Part shown: positions 19,366 to 32,908 of the stretch, piece after piece
Layout of the letters: every line of letters begins with the position of its first letter
Numbering within the stretch: the first letter of the stretch is position 1
NCBI GenBank assembly: GCA_963779755.1
Contig: CAVZZO010000001.1
Span: forward strand, 1,792,001 to 1,856,000
Source: an uncultured Gemmatimonadales bacterium
Lineage (GTDB): Bacteria > Gemmatimonadota > Gemmatimonadetes > Gemmatimonadales > GWC2-71-9
DNA length: 64,000 nucleotides
Direction: 5' to 3'
Translations under genes and position numbers: made by a program
The notes under the pieces: model-generated
The model's input: only the letters and a program-made list of their open reading frames with translations
The model's database searches: none
Told to the model about the DNA's origin: nothing

Positions 19366-19421
19366 GGGGCCAGTGAGGGCCGAGGGGAGTCGAGCATGAG
19401 ATTCAGCGTGCGAGCAGCTCC

Positions 19422-20105
19422 GTGAAGATCCTCGTCATCGAAGACGACCACACGGTTGGCGAATACGTCAAGCGCGGCCTGGAAGAGCAGCGGTACCACG
19501 CCGATCTGGTCGCTGACGGGCTGGAGGGCCTGCGCATGGCCTCCAGCGGCGTCTATGATCTGCTGGTGCTCGACCTGCGTCTGCCGGGCATGAACGGCCT
19601 GGAACTGGTGCGCACCCTGCGCGATCGGGGCAAGACCACCCCGATCCTGGTGCTCACCGCGCAGGACTCGGTGGATTTCAAGGTCCAGGCCCTGCGGGCC
19701 GGGGCGGACGATTACGTGACCAAGCCGTTCGCCTTCGAGGAACTGCTGGCGCGGGTGGAGGCGGTGAGCCGCCGCCCCGCACAGATGGCGCCCCCGGTCC
19801 ACCGCGTGGCCGATCTGGAGCTGGATACCGGTACCCGGGAGGTGCGCCGCGCCGGGCGGCGGCTCGATCTCACGCCCAAGGAATACGCGGTGCTGGAGTA
19901 CCTGATTCGCCACCCCGGCCGCGTCATGTCCCGCACCCTGATTACCGAGTATGCCTGGGACTACCACTTCGATCCCGGCACCAACATCGTGGACGTGGTG
20001 ATCAACCGGTTGCGCAAGAAGATCGACTCGGGCTTCCCGGTGAAGCTGATTCACACGGTGCGCGGCGTGGGCTACGTGCTCAAGGCCGGCGAGCGCGAGC
20101 GGTGA
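19422..20105 (+). CDS. OmpR/PhoB-family response regulator (CusR-like)
   Basis: ILVIEDD, LDLRLP, GADDYVTKPF, LTPKEY, NIVDV.I.RLR.KID, IHTVRGVGY. Confidence 0.95.
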   Translation: MKILVIEDDHTVGEYVKRGLEEQRYHADLVADGLEGLRMASSGVYDLLVLDLRLPGMNGLELVRTLRDRGKTTPILVLTAQDSVDFKVQALRAGADDYVTKPFAFEELLARVEAVSRRPAQMAPPVHRVADLELDTGTREVRRAGRRLDLTPKEYAVLEYLIRHPGRVMSRTLITEYAWDYHFDPGTNIVDVVINRLRKKIDSGFPVKLIHTVRGVGYVLKAGERER

Positions 20106-20121
20106 GGCCGGGGCGCACGCC

Positions 20122-21570
20122 GTGAATACCATTCGCGGCCGCCTGACGGTGTGGTTCACCGGCGCGATGGCGGTGGTGCTCCTTGCCTTCGGGTCCGCCC
20201 TGGTGTACGAACGGCGGCGGCCCAGCGAACAGGAGCTGGACCAGCGCCTGGCCAGCGAGCTGCAGTACGCCGAAGAATCGCTCACCGAGTCGCACCGGGT
20301 GCTGGGGCAGCTGACGACCGTCCAGGACAGCACCCGGATGCTGGCCGGCAGCGTCACCTCCCCGTTCGAATCCACCCGCGATCTGATCCTGATCGCCGAC
20401 AGCACCGGCCGCCTGCTCTTCGCCAACGCCAGCGCCCGCCAGCTGCAATACGACGCGCTGATCCGGCTCCTCGACCTCATCACGCCCATTCCGGAGCCGG
20501 TGCGCAACGGCTACGTGGCGCTGCCGCCCCCGGCCGGCCGGCTCCGCTATCTGGCGGCGCGCGACAGCACCGCCGGCCTCGAGGTCGCCGCCATGCTGGT
20601 GGCGACCCCGACCGACACACCCACCCTGGAGCCGGAACACCTGATCCGCTCCATGCTGGCCGTCGCGCCGGTGGTGCTGCTCTTCACGGTGGGTATCGGC
20701 TACTGGCTGGCCGGCACCGCGCTCCAGCCGCTGCGGGAGATCATGGACGAGGTCGGCGCCATTACCGACGGCCGCAGCCTGCACCGGCGCGTCATGGTGC
20801 CGGTCGGCGCCGAAGAGCTGGCCGGGCTCGCCGTGACCCTGAACGGCATGCTGGCGCGCCTGGAACAGAGCTTCGCCAGCCTGCGCCGCTTCACTGCCGA
20901 CGCCAGCCACGAGCTGCGCACGCCCCTCATGGTGGTCCGTGCCGGCGTGGAGCGCGCGCTCACCGCCTCCCAGACCCCGCCCGAGATCCTCTCCACTCTG
21001 GATGAGACGCTGAATCAGGTCAATCGCATGAGCGAGCTGGTCGACACGCTGCTCATGCTGGCCCGGGCGGATGAAGGACGCGCCAGCCTCGCCCTGAAGG
21101 AGACCGATCTGCATGCGCTGGCCGCCGATGCGGTGGAGACCGCCGGCATGCTGGGCGAGGCCGCGGGTGTTACCGCCTCGGCGGAACTGCCGGAAGGGCC
21201 GCTGCTGCTGCCGGTAGACCGGGGCCGCATCCAGCAGCTCCTGCTCAACCTGATTACCAATGCCGTGAAGTACACGCCCGCCGGCGGCACCGTCACGGTG
21301 GGCCTGGCAGACCGCGGCGACCAGGTCGCCCTCTGGGTCCAGGATACCGGCATCGGCATCGCGGCCGGCGACCTGCCCCAGATCTTTTCCCGCTTCTGGC
21401 GAGCGGACGTGGCGCGGACCCGCGGCGCGGAACACGGCGGCTGGGGCCTGGGGCTCGCCATCTGCAAATGGATCGCGGAGGCGCACGGCGGCAGCATCAA
21501 CGTGCAGAGCCGGCCGGGGCGGGGCACGATCTTTACCGTGCTGCTGCCGAAGCAACCCCCGACGTCCTAG
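20122..21570 (+). CDS. HAMP-domain membrane sensor histidine kinase (CusS/BaeS-like)
   Basis: Two TM segments, FTADASHELRTPL, NLITNAVKYT, GLGLAI. Confidence 0.93.
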   Translation: MNTIRGRLTVWFTGAMAVVLLAFGSALVYERRRPSEQELDQRLASELQYAEESLTESHRVLGQLTTVQDSTRMLAGSVTSPFESTRDLILIADSTGRLLFANASARQLQYDALIRLLDLITPIPEPVRNGYVALPPPAGRLRYLAARDSTAGLEVAAMLVATPTDTPTLEPEHLIRSMLAVAPVVLLFTVGIGYWLAGTALQPLREIMDEVGAITDGRSLHRRVMVPVGAEELAGLAVTLNGMLARLEQSFASLRRFTADASHELRTPLMVVRAGVERALTASQTPPEILSTLDETLNQVNRMSELVDTLLMLARADEGRASLALKETDLHALAADAVETAGMLGEAAGVTASAELPEGPLLLPVDRGRIQQLLLNLITNAVKYTPAGGTVTVGLADRGDQVALWVQDTGIGIAAGDLPQIFSRFWRADVARTRGAEHGGWGLGLAICKWIAEAHGGSINVQSRPGRGTIFTVLLPKQPPTS

Positions 21571-21613
21571 GTCTCCTCGACCCCTCGCTTTCCTTGAGGG
21601 GTCGAGGCGGGAC
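21571..21613. repeat. Inverted repeat / hairpin (TCGACCCC family), possible terminator
   Basis: cctcgacccctc-loop-gaggggtcgagg. Confidence 0.65.
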
Positions 21614-21626
21614 AAACCCAACCCGC

Positions 21627-21666
21627 CTGCAATCGAATTGTCATCCGGCTCCAATGCGGTGGTCAG
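21627..21666 (+). promoter_or_regulatory. Putative OmpR/PhoB-type direct-repeat operator (11-bp period)
   Basis: ctgcaat-N4-ttgtcat-N4-ctccaat-N4-tggtcag. Confidence 0.45.
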
Positions 21667-21712
21667 GTGGCGGGCGTATCTCTGGAGTGACCCCAGTCCC
21701 GGGAGGCTCCGA

Positions 21713-22369
21713 ATGCGCCTGGTTCTTTCTTCTTCTCCTCCAAGGCGGCAGCCGTTCGCCGCCGCGCTGGCGCTGGCGGTTCATGCCGGAGTGATCACGG
21801 CCCTCTTGGGCCGCGCGGCAGCTCCCGTGCCCTCTTCGACCGCGCCGGATCCGGCCATACCCCTGCCGCTCTGGCCCGCCGAGCTTGACACCGGGAGCCC
21901 CGGCGCCCCGGCAGGCGCTCCGGCCACCCTGGAGACGCTCCTTCCCGCGCCCGCGCCCCTGGCCGGACCGGGGCCGGTCATCTCCCCGCTCCCGCTGCCG
22001 CCGGGAGTTGGTTCCGGGAACCCGACAGGCCCGGTGGGTCTGCCGGGGAGGATCTCGGGCGGACCGGTACGCTGGGACCACGTTCTGGCCGACCAGGAAG
22101 TGCAGCCGCCGAGGATGCTGGATAGCCTGGAGCTGCCGTTTCCGCCGGGGGCGCGCGGCGGGCTGGTAGAAGTAGAGTACGTGATTACCACCACCGGCCG
22201 AGTCGACCTTTCCTCTTATCATGTAATGGGCAATCCGGACTCCGCGCTGGCCGCCGCTGTCCGGGGCGCCTTGGCGGTGGCGAGATTCCGGCCTGCGCTG
22301 CGCGGTGACCGGCCGGTCAGGAGCGTGGTTCGGCAGCGTTTCCGGTTTGAGCGGCAGGAAAGGCGCTGA
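21713..22369 (+). CDS. TonB-family protein (divergent)
   Basis: TM helix with A...H, Pro-rich linker, C-terminal G.V.V..VI...G.V and RFRPA; GGAGG SD before ATG 21713. Confidence 0.75.
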   Translation: MRLVLSSSPPRRQPFAAALALAVHAGVITALLGRAAAPVPSSTAPDPAIPLPLWPAELDTGSPGAPAGAPATLETLLPAPAPLAGPGPVISPLPLPPGVGSGNPTGPVGLPGRISGGPVRWDHVLADQEVQPPRMLDSLELPFPPGARGGLVEVEYVITTTGRVDLSSYHVMGNPDSALAAAVRGALAVARFRPALRGDRPVRSVVRQRFRFERQERR

Positions 22370-22383
22370 AAACGGGCGGCGTT

Positions 22384-22412
22384 CGCTAATGCGAATGTCA
22401 TGGAATTGTAAT
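22384..22412 (+). promoter_or_regulatory. Putative Pho-box-like direct-repeat operator (11-bp period)
   Basis: cgctaat-N4-atgtcat-N4-ttgtaat upstream of the tonB-exbB-exbD operon. Confidence 0.55.
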
Positions 22413-22482
22413 CTTCGGGCCAGCCTGGAATTATCCGGCCCTGCTTAACTACAGTCCCATACTCGGTCGTCTGGGAGGCGCC

Positions 22483-23184
22483 GTGTTTGATACCCTGATC
22501 GAATCGAAACGCAAGCGACAGAAGTCGCTGGGCCAGACGTTCTTCTCACTGGCCTTTCATGCGCTGCTGATCTTCGGGCTGGTGAAGGTCACGGCCAATG
22601 CCGCGCAGCGGGTGCAGGAGATCAACGAAGACACCACGCTGGTCTTTCTGGAGCCGCCGAAGGAAACGCCGCCGCCGCCGGAGCAGCCGCCGCCGGATCA
22701 GATCGTGAGCGCCAATCCGCCACCCAAAGGGTTCCAGACGGTGGTGGCCCTGACGGAGATCCCCAAGGAAATTCCGCCCGTCAACCTGAACGAGAAGCCC
22801 ATCGATCCCAAGGACTTCACGGGGAAGGGCGTGGAGGGCGGCATCGCGGCGGGGATCGTCGGCGGCACCGGGCCGGTAGAGATCACCGGCGAGACGTTCC
22901 TGGAGGCGCAGGTGGACGAGCCCCCCACCCGGCTCTCGGGTCCCGAGCCCCGGTTCCCACCGGCCATGAAGGCCGCGGGCATTCCCGGCCGGGTGGAGCT
23001 GCAGTTCGTGGTAGACAAGGACGGCAAGGTGGAGACCGGGTCGCTCAAGGTGCTGAGCAGCACCAACCCGGCGTTCGAGGAGCCGGCCAAGGAGGCCATT
23101 CTCAAGAGTGTCTATCGTCCCGGCAAGGTGAAGGGCACGCCGGTCCGGGTGCTGGTGCAGCAGGCGGTGAGCTTCAAGATCTGA
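22483..23184 (+). CDS. tonB: Energy transducer TonB
   Basis: SLAFH TM motif, Pro-rich linker, TonB_C (P.FP...G.V.LQFVVD..G.V). Confidence 0.9.
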   Translation: MFDTLIESKRKRQKSLGQTFFSLAFHALLIFGLVKVTANAAQRVQEINEDTTLVFLEPPKETPPPPEQPPPDQIVSANPPPKGFQTVVALTEIPKEIPPVNLNEKPIDPKDFTGKGVEGGIAAGIVGGTGPVEITGETFLEAQVDEPPTRLSGPEPRFPPAMKAAGIPGRVELQFVVDKDGKVETGSLKVLSSTNPAFEEPAKEAILKSVYRPGKVKGTPVRVLVQQAVSFKI

Positions 23185-23245
23185 CGGCGGTTCGCCGCCA
23201 TCCGGAAGGCCGAGCAGACAGGTTCACTTCGAGGAGATTCACAAC

Positions 23246-23995
23246 ATGCAACTGGATCTATTGCAGCTGTTTCAGCAGACGGGATGGTTCGCGCGGGGCG
23301 TGATCATCGTGTTGGGGATCATGTCCATCTACTCGCTGACCATCGTCTTCACCAAGCTGGTGCAGTTCGGCCGCAGTGCCTCGGCCACGCGGAAGTTTGC
23401 GCCCGAGTTCTCCCGGGCCATTCAGGAAGAGCAGCTGGAGCAGGCCATCAAGCTGGCCGAGACCCACAAGAAGAGCCACGTGGCCCGGGTGCTGGGCGAC
23501 GCGCTCTCCGAGGTGAAGCCGCTGCTGCGGGACCGGGCGACCATCACGTCGGCCGACATCAATTCAGCCGAGCGGGCGGTAGAGCGGCAGATGCTGCTCG
23601 TGCTCTCGGAGTTGCGGCGCCAGTTGGCGGTTCTGGCCACGGTGGGCGCCACGGCGCCGTTTGTCGGCCTGCTGGGTACCACGATGGGCATCGTGAACTC
23701 CTTTACGGGCATGGCCGCGGCGGGCGCGTCGGGCGGCCTGGCGGGGATTTCGGCCGGTATCGCCGAGGCGCTGATCACCACGGCGTTCGGCCTGATCGTG
23801 GCCATTCCGGCGGTGTGGGCCTACAACTACTTCACCACCAAGCTGGAGTACTTCACGGCCGAGATGACCTACACCTCGAAGGAGCTGATCGACTACCTCA
23901 TCAAGAGCGTGGGCAGCGAGTTCGGGCGGTCGATCTTCACCAAGGAATTCCAGGCCCAGAAAGCGGTGAGCGGCAGTGGCAATATCCACGGGTAG
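23246..23995 (+). CDS. exbB: MotA/TolQ/ExbB proton channel protein
   Basis: LATVGATAPFVGLLGTT.GI and GIAEALITTA.GL.VAIPA. Confidence 0.93.
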   Translation: MQLDLLQLFQQTGWFARGVIIVLGIMSIYSLTIVFTKLVQFGRSASATRKFAPEFSRAIQEEQLEQAIKLAETHKKSHVARVLGDALSEVKPLLRDRATITSADINSAERAVERQMLLVLSELRRQLAVLATVGATAPFVGLLGTTMGIVNSFTGMAAAGASGGLAGISAGIAEALITTAFGLIVAIPAVWAYNYFTTKLEYFTAEMTYTSKELIDYLIKSVGSEFGRSIFTKEFQAQKAVSGSGNIHG

Positions 23996-24410
23996 CGGCG
24001 GAGCGGTGAATTCGGACATCAACGTGACGCCGATGATCGACGTCATGCTGGTGCTCCTGATCATCTTCATGATCGTCACCCCGCTCATCGCCGCCGGCTT
24101 CAAGGCGACCTTGCCGGTGGGCGAGCATCTCCAGAAGGATCCGGAGGAGAAGGACGAGGTCGTGCTCGGAATCGACGCGTCGGGGCGGTACTTCCTCGAC
24201 GGACACGCGATCTCCGACGAGGCCCTGGGCGACCAGCTCAAGGCGATCTACGCCACCCGGGAGAAGGACAAGGTCCTGTACTTCAAGGCCGACAACAAGC
24301 TGCGGTACGGCCGGATTCAGCAGGCGGTGGAGCTGGCCCGCGGCGCCGGCGTCCGGGTGCTGGCGGCTGTGACGGAGCCCAAACGCGGCTTGCTGGAGAC
24401 CGGGAAGTAA
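23976..24410 (+). CDS. exbD: ExbD/TolR family protein
   Basis: INVTPMIDVMLVLLIIFMI. Confidence 0.93.
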   Translation: MAISTGSGGAVNSDINVTPMIDVMLVLLIIFMIVTPLIAAGFKATLPVGEHLQKDPEEKDEVVLGIDASGRYFLDGHAISDEALGDQLKAIYATREKDKVLYFKADNKLRYGRIQQAVELARGAGVRVLAAVTEPKRGLLETGK

Positions 24411-24464
24411 CGGTGATGGGGCCCGCCCTCCGGGGCGGGCGCATCCTTCGGAGGAATCGAGCGC

Positions 24465-24887
24465 ATGGCATTCAGTACCCAGGGCGCCAAAGGCGCCCAG
24501 CACGACATCAACGTCACCCCGATGATCGACGTGTTGCTGGTGCTGCTGATCATCTTCATGATCACGCAGCCCCTCTCGCGCCAGACCATCCCGGTGCAGG
24601 TGCCGCCGCCGCCGCAGCCGACGCAGAACAAGTCGGCGCAATCCAACCAGATCGTGCTGGAGATGCCGGACAACGGGAGCTACGCCATCAACGGCACCCA
24701 GGTCCCCAAGTCCCAGCTGGAGACGCAGCTCCACGCGATCTTCGACCCCCGGCCGGCCAAACTACTGTTCGTCAAGCCGGGGCAGAACCGGGTCTACCAG
24801 GACGTCATCGACGCCATGGATGTGGCCCGGGCGGCGGGAATTCAGGTCATCGGCTTCACGCCCAAGGAAGCCGACCAGGCGGGGTGA
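24465..24887 (+). CDS. exbD: ExbD/TolR family protein
   Basis: INVTPMIDVLLVLLIIFMI; GGAGG SD. Confidence 0.93.
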   Translation: MAFSTQGAKGAQHDINVTPMIDVLLVLLIIFMITQPLSRQTIPVQVPPPPQPTQNKSAQSNQIVLEMPDNGSYAINGTQVPKSQLETQLHAIFDPRPAKLLFVKPGQNRVYQDVIDAMDVARAAGIQVIGFTPKEADQAG

Positions 24888-24903
24888 GCGGGCGGAGGGC
24901 CGG

Positions 24904-25341
24904 GTGAAGGTGCGCCTCGGAGCAGGACCGGTTCGGCACGATCAATGGGCGCCGTTTCGCGTCGCTCCCATGGTCGACGCGACGCTGGTCCTGCTCTGTG
25001 TCTTTCTGGCGGCTCAGCCTTTCGCCCGGTCCGCCCCCGGTGCCGCCGCCCGGCCGCCCGGCGCCTCCGCGCCGGACCTGCAGCTCACCCTCGAGCTGCG
25101 CGCCGACGGCAGCGATGCCCTCAACCACCAGCCCGTGCCGCGGGCCCAGCTCCCGCTGCTGCTGGGCCGCCTCTACCGCAGCCACCCCGACCGCCCCCTC
25201 TTTCTCCAGATCGCTCCCGACCGGCGCTACGGCGACGTGCTGGACGTGCGCGCCCTTGCCCGCGCCGCCGGCATCCGCGTGGTGGCCGTGGTGCCGCCTC
25301 CCGCCTCTCGCCCACCCGGCCCCGCTGCGCCGCTAGATTAA
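24904..25341 (+). CDS. Divergent ExbD/TolR family protein
   Basis: APMVDATLVLLCVF keeps the TM Asp; D...YGDV.DV...A..AGI; GGAGG upstream of GTG 24904. Confidence 0.75.
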   Translation: MKVRLGAGPVRHDQWAPFRVAPMVDATLVLLCVFLAAQPFARSAPGAAARPPGASAPDLQLTLELRADGSDALNHQPVPRAQLPLLLGRLYRSHPDRPLFLQIAPDRRYGDVLDVRALARAAGIRVVAVVPPPASRPPGPAAPLD

Positions 25342-25356
25342 CCGGAGCCGGCCTCC

Positions 25357-26196
25357 GTGTGGCTGCGCGCCGCCGGCACGTCACCCCGGTCAGGTGGCCG
25401 GCCACGTTCCTTTCAGCCCGAGGTTGTCGTTACGCGCCCTCCCGTCCCCCTCAGCCTGAAGCTCACGCGCCGTCGGAGCGGCCCGCTGGGGCTCATTGCC
25501 AGTGTGCTTGTGCACGTGGTGGTGATCGGGCTGCTGGTCTATCCCTTCATCCGCGCCGAACTCCAGACCACGGCGGGAACGCCGGGACTGCTCGGCACCG
25601 GCGGGAGCGCGGGCGGCGGTGGCGGTGGGCGACGGGTGGCATATATTTCCCTGCCTGCTTACGTCCCCCCGGCGCCGACGCCGGCCCAGCCGGATCCGGT
25701 GGTTCCGCCGCCCGAGCCGGTCCCGGTGAAACCGGCGCCCCCGCCCACCCCGGTGCCCGACACCGTGGCGACGGCGGATACCCAGGCCGTCACGCTGGCC
25801 TCGGCCGGCGATTCGGGCCAGGGCAACGGAACGGGCTCCGGGACGGGCGGCGGCAGTGGCGGGGGCTCCGGCGGCGGTATCGGGCCGGGGAACGGCCCCG
25901 GCAGCGGCGAGGGCACGGGAGGTGGCACCGGCCGGGCCACGGCGCCTCGCGGCAAGCAGCTCATCGTTCCCCCGATGGAGAAGGTCCCCAAGTCGCTTCG
26001 CGGCAGCACGGTGCAGGTGGTCTTCCACATCACCGCGCAGGGGGACGTGGCGCGCGTGGATGTCCGGCCGAGGATCGAGGACGGCGATTACGCCCGACGC
26101 TTCGAGGAAGCCATGCTGGGCTACAAGTTCTGGCCCGCACTCTCGCCCAGCGGCGACGCCATTCCCGGTACGGTGCTGTACCGGATCCAGCTCTGA
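25357..26196 (+). CDS. TonB-like protein with Pro- and Gly-rich linker (start uncertain)
   Basis: SVLVH TM motif, Pro/Gly linker, C-terminal G.V.V.F.I...G.V..V and YKFWPA. Confidence 0.65.
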   Translation: MWLRAAGTSPRSGGRPRSFQPEVVVTRPPVPLSLKLTRRRSGPLGLIASVLVHVVVIGLLVYPFIRAELQTTAGTPGLLGTGGSAGGGGGGRRVAYISLPAYVPPAPTPAQPDPVVPPPEPVPVKPAPPPTPVPDTVATADTQAVTLASAGDSGQGNGTGSGTGGGSGGGSGGGIGPGNGPGSGEGTGGGTGRATAPRGKQLIVPPMEKVPKSLRGSTVQVVFHITAQGDVARVDVRPRIEDGDYARRFEEAMLGYKFWPALSPSGDAIPGTVLYRIQL

Positions 26197-26309
26197 GTGC
26201 CCTCCGCGCCCTTCGGGGCGCGGGTCCTGTCGCGGCGGCTCCAGCCCCGCATTCCGTAGTCTGTTCCTCACGTCGTTCAGTCTTCTCCAGAGCCAGGAGT
26301 TTGAACCTT

Positions 26310-30382
<4,073 letters not shown>

Positions 30383-30400
30383 GGCGCTGAGGCCGCGGGG

Positions 30401-31996
30401 ATGACCCACGGCGGCCGAAGCGGGCCGGGACGCGCCGCCGCCGGGGACGGGGCCCGCTCCCCGGTGCCCGACCGTGCGGTCCCGGCGCTCGCCGTGGCCG
30501 CGGTCCTGGTGCACGTGCTGGTCAACGCGCTGTCGCCCTACGGGGCCCATCGGGACGAACTGCTCTATCTGGCCATGGGCCGGCATCTCCGGCTCTTCCG
30601 CATGGACTTCCCGCCGATGATCGCGCTGGTTGCGAACGCCGAGCGCCTGCTGGGCGACTCGCTCGTGGTCGTCCGGATTGTTCCCGCCCTGATCCATGGT
30701 CTGCTCATTCTGCTCGCCGCCCGGTTCGCCGCCCTGCTGGGTGGCGGCCGGTACGCCCGCCTGCTCGCCGGGGCCGCGGTGGCGCTGTCTCCCGTATTCC
30801 TGCGGTCCGGCGCCCTCTTCCAGCCGGTGGTGTTTGATCAGCTCTGGTGGACCCTGGGGCTGCTGCTGCTCCTGAACATCGGCCGGGCGGGCAGCGATGC
30901 CGGCGCGGCCCGGCGCGGGTGGATAGCGTATGGGGCCGTGTGCGGTCTCGGGCTGCTGACCAAGTTCAGCATCCTGATCTTCGGCTCCGCGTCCCTGGTC
31001 GCGATCCTGCTTACCCCGCTGCGCCGCTGGCTGGCGACCCCCTGGGCCTGGATCGCGGCCGGGATGGTCGTTCTGATCGGCGCGCCCAGCCTTGCCGGGC
31101 AGATCAGCCTGCACTTCCCGGTCATGGGCCAGATTCGCGACCTGAGCGCGGTACAGCTGGAACGGGTGGGGCCGGCGGACTTCCTCGCCGGCCAGCTTCT
31201 CATGGTCGGCCTGGGCGCAGTTCTCGCTCTGGCCGGCGTCATTCGGCTGCTGCGCGGCTCCGATGCCGGCGGACGCGCCGTGGCCTGGACCGCAATCACC
31301 TGCGTTCTCCTGCTCCTCGTGCTGCGGGGGAAGGCCTATTATGCGGCGCCGATCTATCCCGCCCTCTTCGGAGCCGGTGCCGCGGCCCTGTCCGCCTGGA
31401 GTGCCGGCCGGCACGGCGCCCGCCGGCTAGCCGTGCGCTCGGCGGCGGTCGTTCTGCTGGTGGGACCGGCTCTCTTAACCCTTCCGTTCGGCCTGCCCAT
31501 CCTGCCGCCGCCCCTGATGGCGCGCTACGCGGCAGGGCTCGGGGTTGCGGAAGGCACCCGCGCCAATTGGGGCGAAGTGCTCGAGCTCCCCCAGGATTAT
31601 GCCGACATGCTGCCGTGGGAGGGCCAGGCGGCGGCAGTGGGCCGGGCATATGCCGCGCTCTCCCCGGCGGACCGCGCCCAGGTGGTGATCGCGGCCAGCA
31701 ATTACGGCGAGGCGGGCGCTCTGGATTTCTACGGCCCGCGCTGGGGGCTGCCGCCGGCGATCGCGCCGGTGGGCAGCTACTGGTACTTCGGGCCGGGGGA
31801 TCGCCCCGGCAATGTGGTACTCAAGCTGGGTGGAGACCTGAAGGACATCGAGCCACTCTTCCGCTCCTGCGAGATCGCCGGGTACGCCGACTCGCGCTGG
31901 GCGGTGCCGGAGGAACGCCACGCCGCGGTGTTTCTCTGCCGGGGACCGTCCCAGCCGGTGCAGGCGCTCTGGAGCCGCTGGGAGGGGAACAACTGA
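30401..31996 (+). CDS. GT-C fold glycosyltransferase (GT39/ArnT/PMT_2-like)
   Basis: Y..HRDELLY, D.PP, GLGLLTK, multiple TM, NYGEAGA. Confidence 0.8.
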   Translation: MTHGGRSGPGRAAAGDGARSPVPDRAVPALAVAAVLVHVLVNALSPYGAHRDELLYLAMGRHLRLFRMDFPPMIALVANAERLLGDSLVVVRIVPALIHGLLILLAARFAALLGGGRYARLLAGAAVALSPVFLRSGALFQPVVFDQLWWTLGLLLLLNIGRAGSDAGAARRGWIAYGAVCGLGLLTKFSILIFGSASLVAILLTPLRRWLATPWAWIAAGMVVLIGAPSLAGQISLHFPVMGQIRDLSAVQLERVGPADFLAGQLLMVGLGAVLALAGVIRLLRGSDAGGRAVAWTAITCVLLLLVLRGKAYYAAPIYPALFGAGAAALSAWSAGRHGARRLAVRSAAVVLLVGPALLTLPFGLPILPPPLMARYAAGLGVAEGTRANWGEVLELPQDYADMLPWEGQAAAVGRAYAALSPADRAQVVIAASNYGEAGALDFYGPRWGLPPAIAPVGSYWYFGPGDRPGNVVLKLGGDLKDIEPLFRSCEIAGYADSRWAVPEERHAAVFLCRGPSQPVQALWSRWEGNN

Positions 31997-31999
31997 GGC

Positions 32000-32908
32000 T
32001 CACGCTTCCCCGGCCATCGCTTCCGCCAGGTGCAGCGCCCCCAGTGCCGGCTCCACCTCGGAGGGGTGGGGGCGGAGACGGGGTTCGCTGCCCAGCCGTT
32101 GGGTGATGACGTCCCGCAACAGACTGCCGGGCCGCAGCAGGCCGCCGGCAAAGGCCAGCGGCACCGGCCCGTCGCCGGGAAATGTCTCCAGCAGGATAAG
32201 AGCCAGCTGGCAGAGTTCGCGGGCGGCATAGTCGAGAATGCCCTGAGCGACGACGTCGCCCTCCGATGCCACGGCTACTACCGCCGGCCCCAGAGCCGCG
32301 ACTTCCGCGGGAGTGGCGGTGGCCGCCCAGGCGATGAGGCCGGGCATGCCGTCCACATGTGCGGCCTCCGGGATGCGCTGAACCAGGCTGGTTTCCGGGC
32401 CCCGGTTGTCGGCGGCGCGGCCCACCGCGCCCAGGGCCGCCCGGCCAATCGCATAGCCGCTGCCCTCGTCGCCCATCTGCCAGCCGTACCCGCCGGCGCG
32501 GTGCAGGGTGCCCTCGGGGTCGCGCCCGATGGCGATGCTGCCGGTACCCGCGCTGACCACGATCCCGGGCTCGCGCCCGAAGGCGGCGGCGAGGGCGATC
32601 TCGATATCCGTCGTGACGCGTACCCGCCGGGCGATGTGCTCGCTGCGCAGCGCCCGCGCCAGCTCTTCCCGCTCGTCTTCCCGGCCCGCGCCCGCCGCGC
32701 CCACCAGCAGCACATCGGCCTCGGTGGTCCGCGCATGGACCAGCGCTCGCCGGACGGTATCGCCGATGGCGCTGGCGGCAACCAGCGCCCGGCCCGGGCG
32801 CACCGCGCCCGCGGCACCCTCGGCCCGGCTCAGAATGGTATGGGCATCGCCCACCACGGCCGTGGTCCGGGTTCCCCCGGCATCCACGCCGACAACGATG
32901 ACGGTCAT
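32000..32908 (-). CDS. BadF/BadG/BcrA/BcrD-type N-acetylglucosamine/N-acetylmuramate kinase
   Basis: MTVIVVGVDAGGTRT, AGTGS, RAGGYGW.MGDEGSGY.IG; start 32908 overlaps the symporter stop. Confidence 0.88.
   Translation of the reverse strand: MTVIVVGVDAGGTRTTAVVGDAHTILSRAEGAAGAVRPGRALVAASAIGDTVRRALVHARTTEADVLLVGAAGAGREDEREELARALRSEHIARRVRVTTDIEIALAAAFGREPGIVVSAGTGSIAIGRDPEGTLHRAGGYGWQMGDEGSGYAIGRAALGAVGRAADNRGPETSLVQRIPEAAHVDGMPGLIAWAATATPAEVAALGPAVVAVASEGDVVAQGILDYAARELCQLALILLETFPGDGPVPLAFAGGLLRPGSLLRDVITQRLGSEPRLRPHPSEVEPALGALHLAEAMAGEA

Noticed and set aside
25821..25935. GGC-rich repetitive stretch
   Set aside because: It encodes the Gly/Ser/Thr linker of the TonB-like protein; ordinary low complexity.
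24945..26309. 1298-aa ORF suggesting a giant pyrophosphatase fusion
   Set aside because: The first 455 codons are Arg/Pro/Gly-rich off-frame read-through over the real exbD-like and tonB-like genes; the SD and family motifs support a start at 26310.
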